Source of the DNA: a virus
Length of the DNA stretch: 64,000 nucleotides
Reading direction: 5' to 3' (one strand)
Virus record (IMG/VR): IMGVR_UViG_3300032309_000634
Span: 1-64,000 of that record
The notes beneath the pieces were generated by a model. The model was not told where the DNA came from. It made no database searches and saw only the letters and a program-made list of their open reading frames with translations. This document shows positions 1-9,520 of the stretch, piece after piece. Each line of letters opens with the position of its first letter. The stretch's first letter is position 1. A program made the translations under genes and the position numbers.

Positions 1-2880
1 AGTCTTGTCCAGAATTTCAACTCTTGACCACCCTTTCCCTCGTTTAATAGATTTAACCATGCCTAATAAAATATAAGAACCTTTTTCTTCAAAGTCAGTT
101 GTGTCTTGAATAAACGCATAGTAGTGAGAAGGAATCGTAATATTAAACTCTGGAAGATTTAAATATTCATATAGATTATCTTTAATCTCATCATCATTTC
201 TAGGATTATCCTCAAACGTTGCAGCACCAATAACTCTTAATGCTTGAAGTGCACGACTATTTACTCCGTTACCTTTTGTAAAGGTAAACTCTTCAAGTTC
301 TTTATAAGATTTAAATGGTCTAGCAGCAACATACTTCTCAGCAATATTAGTTGATATATACTTAATGCCAGTTAAACCAAATCTAATTCCCTTACCCTCA
401 ATTTTAAAATCAAAGTCAGAATCATTAATATGTGGAAGCTTAATAGAAATCCCCATACGCTTTGCTTCAATTAGATACTCTGTACGACCATCCTTATCCT
501 TCTCATTTTTAAGAAGGGCAAACATAAACTCAAGAGGATAGTAAAACTTTAACCACGCCGTCCAATACGAGAGCGTAGAATAAGCAACCGCATGGGATTT
601 GTTGAACGAATACCCCGCATGCGCTTCAAAGTCATGCCATAGATCAAGAGCCTGATTGGGACTAATATAGGCAGAAGCACCCTTAATGAATTTGTCTTGG
701 AATACATCAAACTCTTTAGCATCCTTCTTCTTTCCAATGATCTTTCTAACTTTATCTGCTTCCGACATGGACATACCTCCAAGGTGTACGCATGCCTGCA
801 TAACTTGCTCTTGGTATAAAACGCAACCATAAGTATCCTCCGTAAACTCTTTCATGATCTGATGAGTATATGATACCGCTTGTTTTCCATGTTTGCGATC
901 AATATAGTCTTTACCAATTGTGTTCATAGCTCCTGGACGAACCAAAGCATTTGAAGCAGCAAGTTCGTTAAAGTTTTTAACACCCATCTTTATAAGAAGG
1001 TTTGTATATGGGCTTGCTTCACACTGGAATACGCCCTTAGTATACCCATCAGAAAGCATTTGATAAATATTAGCATCTTCCATGTTTAGGGACAAAAGAT
1101 TAATATCTACATAATGATTCTCTTTAATCATTGCAACTGCATCTTGAATTACACTTAGAGTTTTTAGTCCGAGTGCATCGATTTTGATGAGACCAATCCG
1201 TTCAGCCTCCTCCATATCAACACCAACCACAGGTATGCGTTCATCGCTCCCAGGAGAAGATCTCGTTTCCATCGGAGCATACCTAAAAATTGGATCTTTG
1301 CTAGTGACCACACCAGCAGCGTGTATACCAGTACCACGAATACGACCACGAAGTTGTTCACCATATATCTCCACCTCTGGATACTTGTCTCTAAATTCTC
1401 TTGTTGTCTTTGATGTACAGAACTCATCCCAAGTATCAACATACTTTAAAACCTTGTTAACATCTGATAGTGGAATGTTTAAGACTCTTGCCACATCTCT
1501 AACTACTCCCTTACCTCTAAACTGTAAGAATGTAGCAATAGATGCAACGTGTCTATATTGTCTAACTAGATAATCTTTAACTTCATCACGACGAGTGTCT
1601 TGAATGTCTGTATCGATATCTGGAAAGTCATTACGATCTGGATTAATAAAACGGAAAAACAATAATCCATGCTTAATTGGATCTACATCTGTAATACCAA
1701 GAGCATAACAAACTAAAGAGCCAGCAGCAGATCCACGACCTGGACCAACCATGATGCCTTCTTTCTTAGCCCAAGCAATCATGCTTTGAACTACAAGGAA
1801 GTATGGTGCAAACTTTTTATTTTTAATGATCTCAAGTTCTTCGTCAAGTCTGTCAAGGTATTCTTTATTATCGGACAGCCCACGAGTGGCTAATCCCTCA
1901 AGAGAAATGTTCTTTAACTCTTTGTCTGGACTCTTGTATTGAACTGGTAGCAGATTCATTCCATCTTTAATGTCGTAATCTTCTACTGTGTCTGCAAGTA
2001 ACAGTGTGTTGGAATAGATGTCTGGTCTATCTATACCCTGCAATTCCATAGCAGACTTCATCTCTTCATATGAAAGAAGGTGAATGTCAAACTTATTAAA
2101 AGTAATTTGACGATCTTCTCCATACAGATAGTCAAGTCTTTTCATCATGTCTGGTTGCTTCTTAGACTTATCATATGTTGTATCTTTTTGAATCTTAGCA
2201 TGAGTATTCATTAGAAGCTTAAACTCTTGAACTTCTTTTTGAGATTCATCTACATGGTGGCAGTCTGGAGTTACAACTACTTTAATTTTAAATTCATCAG
2301 CAAGTTCAATTAACTGTTTGTTAATCTCTGCTTCATTGTGTGGCATTACTTCAATATAATAATCACTACCAAAGGTATCTTTAAACCATTTAATATGTTT
2401 CTTGGCTAGCGCAAACTCTTGCTCTTCAAGAGCTTTTACTATTACACTACTTGGGCAAGCAGAAGTTACAATGATTCCTTCTTTATACTTTTCAAGTATT
2501 TCAAAGTCAAACCTTGGCTTCTTAAAATAACCTTCAGTCCATGCAATTTCATTAATCTTGTTTAGGTTTTCTAAACCAATTTGGTTCTTGGCGAGAAGAA
2601 TAATGTGGTTATAAACTAAGTCCTGTTGACCTTCTCTTTCAGATTTATCTCTAGTATCAAATCTGTCAGAACACATATATCCTTCTACGCCAAGTATAGG
2701 CTTGATCCCGTTTGCTTTAGCAATACGGTATAGTTCACGGTGCCCCGATAAAGTTCCGTGATCGGTAATGGCAATTGATGTCATACCGAGATCTACTGCA
2801 CGCTTTACATACTCTTCTGGCGTAGCGATGCCATCAAACAGGGAGTAATGCGTGTGAACATGTAAGCCTACGTAACTCAT
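1..2880 (-). CDS. dnaE: DNA polymerase III alpha subunit (DnaE), 3' end outside the window
   Basis: Not in the ORF track, presumably because no stop falls in the window. Partial hand translation from ATG at 2880 gives MSYVGLHVHTHYSLFDG..AITDHG (PHP domain), GPGRGSAAGS, FPDIDTD (catalytic Asp), KIDALGL and YSFNKSHAVAY. Confidence 0.95.
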   Translation of the reverse strand, partial: MSYVGLHVHTHYSLFDGIATPEEYVKRAVDLGMTSIAITDHGTLSGHRELYRIAKANGIKPILGVEGYMCSDRFDTRDKSEREGQQDLVYNHIILLAKNQIGLENLNKINEIAWTEGYFKKPRFDFEILEKYKEGIIVTSACPSSVIVKALEEQEFALAKKHIKWFKDTFGSDYYIEVMPHNEAEINKQLIELADEFKIKVVVTPDCHHVDESQKEVQEFKLLMNTHAKIQKDTTYDKSKKQPDMMKRLDYLYGEDRQITFNKFDIHLLSYEEMKSAMELQGIDRPDIYSNTLLLADTVEDYDIKDGMNLLPVQYKSPDKELKNISLEGLATRGLSDNKEYLDRLDEELEIIKNKKFAPYFLVVQSMIAWAKKEGIMVGPGRGSAAGSLVCYALGITDVDPIKHGLLFFRFINPDRNDFPDIDTDIQDTRRDEVKDYLVRQYRHVASIATFLQFRGKGVVRDVARVLNIPLSDVNKVLKYVDTWDEFCTSKTTREFRDKYPEVEIYGEQLRGRIRGTGIHAAGVVTSKDPIFRYAPMETRSSPGSDERIPVVGVDMEEAERIGLIKIDALGLKTLSVIQDAVAMIKENHYVDINLLSLNMEDANIYQMLSDGYTKGVFQCEASPYTNLLIKMGVKNFNELAASNALVRPGAMNTIGKDYIDRKHGKQAVSYTHQIMKEFTEDTYGCVLYQEQVMQACVHLGGMSMSEADKVRKIIGKKKDAKEFDVFQDKFIKGASAYISPNQALDLWHDFEAHAGYSFNKSHAVAYSTLSYWTAWLKFYYPLEFMFALLKNEKDKDGRTEYLIEAKRMGISIKLPHINDSDFDFKIEGKGIRFGLTGIKYISTNIAEKYVAARPFKSYKELEEFTFTKGNGVNSRALQALRVIGAATFEDNPRNDDEIKDNLYEYLNLPEFNITIPSHYYAFIQDTTDFEEKGSYILLGMVKSIKRGKGWSRVEILDKT

Positions 2881-2882
2881 TC

Positions 2883-3539
2883 TTACCAGTCTGTATTGGT
2901 AGATGAAGTTGTAGATGGGCTATCAAAGCCCAAATAAAACGCTTCTTGCTCAGCATAAGGAATTTTCTTTAGTGCTGCTTCAAGAGGATAAGGTTTAACA
3001 TCTGCCCATACAAATGGTTCCTTATCTGGTGCCGAAGGAATAAGTGTGTAATTGGTTTCAGTTCCCTGACCATTACGCTTTAGTCTCCAGACTACATTTG
3101 AGATGCTTCCAGTTTCAAGAGCATACTCACGAATAGTGTTGAATGATGACTGCTTGCTAATTCCCATATTCCAAATTGCTACATATGGAGCTTCAATTCC
3201 GTCATCTACAAGTACGTTGCAATAAAAACGAAGACGTGCTCTCCAGCCAGCCTTTGGATCTTTACGATGCATTTCTTCAGCCCAGTCACGGCCTTCTGTG
3301 TCCATAGTGTCTACAGCTTTACGCTTATAGTCTTTTGGATTTGTGTGTTCCTTAACAACTAGTGCTAAGCCACGCTCTGCGTTATAGTTTGCAGAGTCTT
3401 CATCCAATTCTTCAATGAATCGAATCTTTACTGATTGTCCATCCGAAAGCTTTAACCATCTTACCTTTGGTGAGTTTTCGTCATACTTTGGCTTGTCGAG
3501 CAGGGCATTGATGTTTTTGAGTCCCTTTACTACGCTCAT
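2883..3539 (-). CDS. Probable single-stranded DNA-binding protein (gp32-like)
   Basis: 218 aa between primase and polymerase; WLKL.DG.SVKIRF N-terminus, R.G.G.ET.Y.L motif, flexible tail ending in DW. Confidence 0.65.
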   Translation of the reverse strand: MSVVKGLKNINALLDKPKYDENSPKVRWLKLSDGQSVKIRFIEELDEDSANYNAERGLALVVKEHTNPKDYKRKAVDTMDTEGRDWAEEMHRKDPKAGWRARLRFYCNVLVDDGIEAPYVAIWNMGISKQSSFNTIREYALETGSISNVVWRLKRNGQGTETNYTLIPSAPDKEPFVWADVKPYPLEAALKKIPYAEQEAFYLGFDSPSTTSSTNTDW

Positions 3540-3564
3540 CTTTTTCTCCTTCGTGTTGTTTATA

Positions 3565-4491
3565 TTAGTTTAGCATAGACAATATAGACTTGTCAAACTG
3601 AAACTCTAAGTTTTTAATTGACTGATCATCCATATCGCCTATGTCTTTATATTGTTTTTCTAAGGTAATAACACTAACCAAAGACCCAAGCTTTTCAATT
3701 AGCTTATCTTTCATTATGCTACCAGCCTCATCATTATCCGCTACTAGTACGACATTATTGAAGTACTTTTCTAATAATCTAATTTGTGAAATAGATACAT
3801 TAGCACCCAACGTTGCGACTGCTGGGAAACCTACTTGGTCTAGTCGAATAGCATCAAAAGATGATTCAACTACATATACTATACTAGAAGTTTTAACTCT
3901 GTGCAAGTTAAATAAAACTTTTCCTTTAGGCAATCCTGGAGTATTTTTAAACTCCTTACCCTCTATAGACCTTCCTACAAAACCAATATTCATTCCGTCA
4001 GGTGACTGTACTGGAATAGTAACCATTCTCTGTTTTTCTGAGTAACCTAAAGAAAACTTTTTCATTGAATCCATAGTTATCTTTCTACCATGTAGATAAG
4101 ACTTTGCTGTATCTGATAGTAATAACTGATCGTGCAATCTGGAAAGAATAGATTCATCATACTGAACAAACTCTGGAGCAGCAATTAGCTTTTTATTAAC
4201 TAACATCTCAATATTATGTTCTTGCTCTTTACTTTTTATGTATCTAACGGTCTCAAAGTATGTCCTATTTGAAATATGCATAACAAACTCTTCTAAGTTT
4301 TTAGTTGTTTGACAACCAAAACAAAAGAATAGCCCACTATCTTTGGCTACTTCTCCAGCAGGCGTTCTGCTGTTGTTATGATATGGGCAGAAGATTATAA
4401 AGTCATTACCAAATTCAGTTTCAATATTTACTCCTGAACCAATAAGAACTCGTCTAATTTGATCTTCTGTATAAATATTATTTGTCTTCAT
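3565..4491 (-). CDS. dnaG: DNA primase (CHC2 zinc finger + TOPRIM)
   Basis: CPYH..CFGC zinc-binding motif; VVESSFD and ADND TOPRIM motifs; probable start MKTNN at 4491. Confidence 0.9.
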   Translation of the reverse strand: MKTNNIYTEDQIRRVLIGSGVNIETEFGNDFIIFCPYHNNSRTPAGEVAKDSGLFFCFGCQTTKNLEEFVMHISNRTYFETVRYIKSKEQEHNIEMLVNKKLIAAPEFVQYDESILSRLHDQLLLSDTAKSYLHGRKITMDSMKKFSLGYSEKQRMVTIPVQSPDGMNIGFVGRSIEGKEFKNTPGLPKGKVLFNLHRVKTSSIVYVVESSFDAIRLDQVGFPAVATLGANVSISQIRLLEKYFNNVVLVADNDEAGSIMKDKLIEKLGSLVSVITLEKQYKDIGDMDDQSIKNLEFQFDKSILSMLN

Positions 4492-5698
4492 AGTCTTTAT
4501 ATCTGTAATATCCTTTATCAAAATCTACCTGTACTAAAAAGTCTCCCATAAAACCATTTCTATTTTTTCTAAATACGCATTCAATGATATCACTATTTAC
4601 AGGACGACCTAGTGCTAATAGCCAGTCAGCATCGTATGAGATCTGTCTAGACCATGCTGTTTGTCCTAGTGTTGGGGGAGTGCTAAGATCTTTTACATCG
4701 TCAGGTGTAGCAGATGAGATAGCAATGATTGGTACTTCTTCACTAATAGACATTAGCTTAAGTTCTCGTGAAAGGTTTTTCATCTTTACCGTTTCATTAT
4801 CAGCACGTTGGTTTGGACTCATCAACTGAAGATAATCAACAACAACGAAGTCTGGCTTATATTGATCAATCTTTCCACGAATAACTGATGGAGTAACTTC
4901 TCCACCTGAATCGTTTGAAATAATATGAAACTCTGGACGACCCTCTACTTTATTCGCATGCCACTTGCGAAGCATATCAATTTCAATTTCACCATTGCTT
5001 AGTTTGCGATGAGACCATAGGCCTTCACCCATAATAGCAAATACACGATTACGAACCTCTGTCTCACTCATTTCAAGTGAGATAATCATTGGTGACTTAC
5101 CTTGCTTCCAAGCCTGTACAGCAAAGTATAGAGCCATCCATGACTTTCCAATTCCTGGGTAAGCAAGAAACACACCAAGTTGTCCTGGCATAATGCCAGC
5201 AGGTAGGTAGTTATCAAATCCTGGCAAACCTGTCTTAATTCCAACTGCGCCTAGTTCGTTTTGCTTTGCAACTCTTTCATAGTATGCAACAGCATCTTCA
5301 AGATCAGTAGCATCAATATCACGAATAGCAGCAGTGTTCTTTTTGAGCTCTGATGTTTTTGTAATGAGATGCTCTAAGGCTTCAGCACCATTACCTACTT
5401 GAACTTCTCCTGCTGCGTTACGAAGAATGTCTTTAAGGCTATCATTTAAATATTCTGTTTGAAGTTCTGCTAAGTGATGCTTAGTTGCACCTACGCCAAC
5501 TACTGGTTCAAAATCACGAAACTTTTCTCTTACAAGTTCTGCAGGTGGAAGTGATTGGTTATTCTCAGAATATAAACGAATAAAGTTCCAGATATCATTG
5601 TGTGTTCTTAAAAGAGTTTCAACATTTGCTTGAAGTAGTACGTGAATTTGTTTATCTTGAAGTACTGCAGATATTACTTTTGCTTCTGTATTATTCAC
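4478..5698 (-). CDS. dnaB: Replicative DnaB-like helicase
   Basis: Walker A AYPGIGKS, SLEMS, Walker B VVVDYLQLM, KNRNG. Confidence 0.92.
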   Translation of the reverse strand: MNNTEAKVISAVLQDKQIHVLLQANVETLLRTHNDIWNFIRLYSENNQSLPPAELVREKFRDFEPVVGVGATKHHLAELQTEYLNDSLKDILRNAAGEVQVGNGAEALEHLITKTSELKKNTAAIRDIDATDLEDAVAYYERVAKQNELGAVGIKTGLPGFDNYLPAGIMPGQLGVFLAYPGIGKSWMALYFAVQAWKQGKSPMIISLEMSETEVRNRVFAIMGEGLWSHRKLSNGEIEIDMLRKWHANKVEGRPEFHIISNDSGGEVTPSVIRGKIDQYKPDFVVVDYLQLMSPNQRADNETVKMKNLSRELKLMSISEEVPIIAISSATPDDVKDLSTPPTLGQTAWSRQISYDADWLLALGRPVNSDIIECVFRKNRNGFMGDFLVQVDFDKGYYRYKDYEDK

Positions 5699-5999
5699 TT
5701 AACCACTCCTTAGCCATTCGTCTGCGTTCTGCTCTTTCTTTTTTATCTTGTTCAACTTCTGCTCTGCCATTTAAAATCTTTTCAGCATTATAAGCAAAGT
5801 AGTTCCAACTAGGCTCTTGTGCAATTGAAAAATAATAGTCTAATAGATCATAGCATTGCGATATTCCATATGACTCTACTAGGCCATCAGCAGCCCACTG
5901 TTCAACATTAAGGTTCATGTTAGACTTTTGCTCATATCGTTGAAGATATAATTTGTTAAATCTACTGAGCAAAGCCATTCGGTCTTTGCGATCAGCCAT
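5691..5999 (-). CDS. Hypothetical protein, overlapping dnaB (possible helicase accessory)
   Basis: 102-aa ORF overlapping neighbours at both ends. Confidence 0.6.
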   Translation of the reverse strand: MADRKDRMALLSRFNKLYLQRYEQKSNMNLNVEQWAADGLVESYGISQCYDLLDYYFSIAQEPSWNYFAYNAEKILNGRAEVEQDKKERAERRRMAKEWLSE

Positions 6000-6205
6000 T
6001 ATTCGTTAATTTCTTCTTTAGCTTCGTTAATCTTTTCAGTAAGCTTGTCTTCTACAAACTTATAGACACGCTCAAATGCTTCGTTAGTTGTTTCTTCTCC
6101 ACGCTTAGAATCTACAACACCAAGATCTAATCTTAGTGATTGAAAGTTTCCAAGGTTAAGCGTATATCCCAGTGTTACTGATACCTTTGTTGAATCGTTT
6201 TCCAT
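5999..6205 (-). CDS. Small hypothetical phage protein
   Basis: 68 aa, GYTLNLGNFQSLRLD then an acidic helix; TAATG coupling to the next gene. Confidence 0.65.
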   Translation of the reverse strand: MENDSTKVSVTLGYTLNLGNFQSLRLDLGVVDSKRGEETTNEAFERVYKFVEDKLTEKINEAKEEINE

Positions 6206-6225
6206 ACCCCACCCATTTCATAGTT

Positions 6226-6768
6226 TTAAATATTCTCTGACCAAACAGGAATAAACCTACCATCTTCTGTCTTCGTATATGTAAGTATACCGTCTCCCAT
6301 TCGCCGTGTCAACTCTTGGCTTGTAGGAGTCATATTATTTGTTATTAACTTGTCTTTTCTTGGTTGTCCAATATGTATACTTGCAAGTATAGCACGAATC
6401 TCTTTTACCTGTGATTCTGAGTAATAAGCTCGTCTTTGCCAAGCTCTTTCACCATTTAAGGTTGAACCCATTGGTGGAGGAATCACTCCACGTTTAATTA
6501 GATCTGGAATATACTTTCTATGCCTATTGACAAGTTTAGCAGTTTCTGCTATAGTGTATGCTCTTTCTCTATTTTTTCTAAAGTCAACTCTTAAACATGT
6601 TTCTATTCTATCTTTTGTAATATTATAAACAGAAACTAAACCAGTTGATCTTGAACTATGGTACAGCCTAACTAAATCTCCATTAAGAAACCAAACTTTT
6701 TGATTACCTTTAATTACAGATTGGCTATTGTACTCTTCGCCCTTAATTGTTCTTTTCTCAGTAGCCAT
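6226..6768 (-). CDS. DNA-binding protein with MerR/excisionase-like HTH
   Basis: YTIAETAKLVNRHRKYIPDLIKRGVIP..RAYYSESQV pattern; start moved to MATEK (6768) after SD AGGAAGG. Confidence 0.6.
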   Translation of the reverse strand: MATEKRTIKGEEYNSQSVIKGNQKVWFLNGDLVRLYHSSRSTGLVSVYNITKDRIETCLRVDFRKNRERAYTIAETAKLVNRHRKYIPDLIKRGVIPPPMGSTLNGERAWQRRAYYSESQVKEIRAILASIHIGQPRKDKLITNNMTPTSQELTRRMGDGILTYTKTEDGRFIPVWSENI

Positions 6769-6905
6769 TTGCCTTCCTGACTTGCACTTGGTGGATGAAA
6801 GAATACCCTTGTCCCGCAAGATATGCAATAAGTTTCTAGATGATCTATAGATGTATATTGTCTATCAATAAACATTTTGCCATTACATTTTTTACAATTT
6901 AGCAA
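6714..6905 (-). CDS. Small zinc-ribbon protein
   Basis: CKKC..CISC motif; overlaps the next gene by 55 nt. Confidence 0.6.
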   Translation of the reverse strand: MLNCKKCNGKMFIDRQYTSIDHLETYCISCGTRVFFHPPSASQEGKWLLRKEQLRAKSTIANL

Positions 6906-6914
6906 TATAGTAAC

Positions 6915-7358
6915 CTAGTTTGGTATTCCGATAATAATTAGATGCACGTCTAAAGATAAGTTTCCAGTAGCACCAAATCTAACAACGCCCTCAACTCTTG
7001 ACGTAGTTGGCTTTTTTAAAATTACTGAAACATTTTGTCCTGCTGGAGTATTTCCTGTATTAATTACTGTTGCTGAAACAATTGGGGAATACTTAAAATC
7101 ACTAGGAAAATCGTACGAAAATGTTTTTTCTGATGATGCAGAAACTGTACTATTGTCTGCAACTCCCACAATTCCACCAATAACTCTAGCCTCAGATGTT
7201 TTAATACTTTGTTTTCCAGCACTGACGGTATCAATGGTTGTATAGTTATAGCTTGCGGAAGAAACCTGTGTAGAAAGGTTATTTACTGTGTCAGCCAATT
7301 GATAGATGTATGTAACATCTAATGGTTGTCCTCGCTCAGGTAGTGGTAATTTAGCCAT
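6915..7358 (-). CDS. Probable minor tail/virion protein
   Basis: End of the tail-tip cluster; beta-rich C-terminus; SD AGGAGG and its own TGATATAAT element. Confidence 0.55.
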   Translation of the reverse strand: MAKLPLPERGQPLDVTYIYQLADTVNNLSTQVSSASYNYTTIDTVSAGKQSIKTSEARVIGGIVGVADNSTVSASSEKTFSYDFPSDFKYSPIVSATVINTGNTPAGQNVSVILKKPTTSRVEGVVRFGATGNLSLDVHLIIIGIPN

Positions 7359-7376
7359 TTTGTTCCTCCTATTATA

Positions 7377-7811
7377 TTATATCAGAGATTGTGCGCCAGA
7401 GTCATAAACCAAGAAATCATCCTTTATTTCTTTTTTTGATGACACTATCTGTATTTTTACCCGCACACTAGTTGTTCCTGTATTTAAAAATGAGTAGGAA
7501 TGAACTGCTGATGTACCATGATAAAAAAATGCATTGTTATCAAACTTAACAAAAACATCATATTCTGGATAAAAGTTTTCGTCTCCCCATACTGCTGTAA
7601 TTATTTTTGGGTTTGTTGAAGTTATTGAAACAGCCCCACTTGTCCCAAAAACATTAACACCATCAGAATTATAAATTGAAGACCAGTGTGAGCTTCTGTT
7701 TTTATCTTCAGATATAATTCTGTAACGAATATTATATCTTTGGCTATCATGATCAATTGGCGGTAAAGAAGACCTTTTTATTGTTACTTTTTTGATATTA
7801 GCATCAGCCAT
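7377..7811 (-). CDS. Probable minor tail protein
   Basis: Beta-rich 144 aa, coupled to the upstream gene. Confidence 0.5.
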   Translation of the reverse strand: MADANIKKVTIKRSSLPPIDHDSQRYNIRYRIISEDKNRSSHWSSIYNSDGVNVFGTSGAVSITSTNPKIITAVWGDENFYPEYDVFVKFDNNAFFYHGTSAVHSYSFLNTGTTSVRVKIQIVSSKKEIKDDFLVYDSGAQSLI

Positions 7812-8998
7812 TATGAAACACCAATCGAGAATCTAAACTCAATATAATTGTTTGTATTTGGTGATTTAATAATTGCCTCACCATCAGTGTTTTGAATAAT
7901 TGTATACCCAGTCAATCCATACAGTGGGTTTTTTGTTGCAATGTTTTCTAGTCTCATTGCATCTAATGCAACATAATAATCTGATGATGGATTTCCGTTA
8001 TCAATAACTGATACATAGATTTTAACAACGCTAACATCATTCCAGTTAAAGTTTGCACTTGTGTACAAGTCTTGTAGCTGCTTTGAAACAACGTAATATC
8101 TATTAGTTTCAAACTCATCATCTAGTGGTAAACTTAAAGAACTTCCATTGTTTAGTTCAGCTTCAAATCTAGCATACTCTCCATCTACAGTGTCAGATGA
8201 AGAAAAGTCAACTAATATTCTGACGGTATCTGGAACTGCGCTAGAACCTCCATTTTTACTTACTAAAGAAAATGCTAATCTAAGTTCATCTATTGGAGAA
8301 TTTTTTGTAAAATCAATATCTACACCAGTTAAATGTATATGTGATCCGCTAGTTATATTAAAATGACCTGCGCTTATATCTAGGTCTGAAGTATTGCCTT
8401 GAATTAAGATAGTGTTATTTAAAAATCTACATCTTTCATATCTATCTGCTCTAGATGTTTTATAAAATATACTGTTGTCAGAGTTAGCTTGAAATACAGG
8501 GGTTGCTGTTAGCACTCCATTTACCGCATCATATTCTTTTGTTGATGAGTTTATTAGATATGAACCTGTAATAATATTATCATTTTCAGTATCAAGTTGT
8601 ACTGGTATTGTTGGAATCAATGTTGTAGCAGATGAAGTATGGTATTGCCAGTTTTCTGTATTAGTAAAGGCAAAGATTGTTTTGCTATCATACGTTCCAG
8701 CAGATGGGTTTGATCCTGCTGAGTATAACCCTACTTCTGTAATCTCATATCTTTCTTCCGTTGGCAGTTCAGCCGTTAGAACAATTTTATTCATACCGTT
8801 TTCTTGTACATACCCTCTTGAAGATATTGGAACTCTAAACATTTCAAAATCTAAATTTTCTTTATCTGGATAGTCTTCAAGGCTTTCTGATGTTTTAAAT
8901 GGTTGCTTTCCGCAGCCAACAGCAATATAAGAAGCAAAAGCTGGTGCTTGGCCTAATAGATACTTGCCAATAATAGTTTTACCAGTATTAGTTATCAT
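7811..8998 (-). CDS. Minor tail/baseplate protein
   Basis: MITNTGK..IAVG.G..EITEVGLY N-terminus typical of tail-fibre attachment proteins. Confidence 0.6.
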   Translation of the reverse strand: MITNTGKTIIGKYLLGQAPAFASYIAVGCGKQPFKTSESLEDYPDKENLDFEMFRVPISSRGYVQENGMNKIVLTAELPTEERYEITEVGLYSAGSNPSAGTYDSKTIFAFTNTENWQYHTSSATTLIPTIPVQLDTENDNIITGSYLINSSTKEYDAVNGVLTATPVFQANSDNSIFYKTSRADRYERCRFLNNTILIQGNTSDLDISAGHFNITSGSHIHLTGVDIDFTKNSPIDELRLAFSLVSKNGGSSAVPDTVRILVDFSSSDTVDGEYARFEAELNNGSSLSLPLDDEFETNRYYVVSKQLQDLYTSANFNWNDVSVVKIYVSVIDNGNPSSDYYVALDAMRLENIATKNPLYGLTGYTIIQNTDGEAIIKSPNTNNYIEFRFSIGVS

Positions 8999-9519
8999 GA
9001 TGTAGCTTCTCCTAAATATGCTTCATATATTGTACCACTTAAGCTAATTTGTACCTCAACTTGATCATCACTGCTAAGATTAACTAACTCTATAATTAAG
9101 TCGCCAGCAGAATTAAAATAAACATTTGAACCACCTATGCCATTACCTACAACTGGTACCTTTTCAGTTAGGTTAATTGCAAAGTTGCTAAAAATTTTAT
9201 CTGATGAACCCTGTAAGCCAACTATATTTAATGGGTTATATTCTTGTTGGATTGTTGTTAAGTTTTTAATTACATTGTAGGATACGCTTTGACCATTGAT
9301 AGTATCATTTCTAGCAATGTTGATTAACTCATGCCCCCCGATATTTTCAAATATAATATCAGCCATTGCTTCAAGTGGCTCAGATCCATCGTCAAAAAGA
9401 ACCGTGTCTATTGGGGCAGTCTTAATAGAGTTTTGTTTAATAAAATTAATAGCTGCATTGGCTAAATCAGTTGGTGTTAATGGAGATGCCGATAGGTTAG
9501 AAAAATTAGTGTCAGCCAT
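8995..9519 (-). CDS. Minor tail protein
   Basis: Position after the large tail-tip gene; start MADTN at 9519 after GAGG. Confidence 0.55.
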   Translation of the reverse strand: MADTNFSNLSASPLTPTDLANAAINFIKQNSIKTAPIDTVLFDDGSEPLEAMADIIFENIGGHELINIARNDTINGQSVSYNVIKNLTTIQQEYNPLNIVGLQGSSDKIFSNFAINLTEKVPVVGNGIGGSNVYFNSAGDLIIELVNLSSDDQVEVQISLSGTIYEAYLGEATS

Positions 9520-9520
9520 T

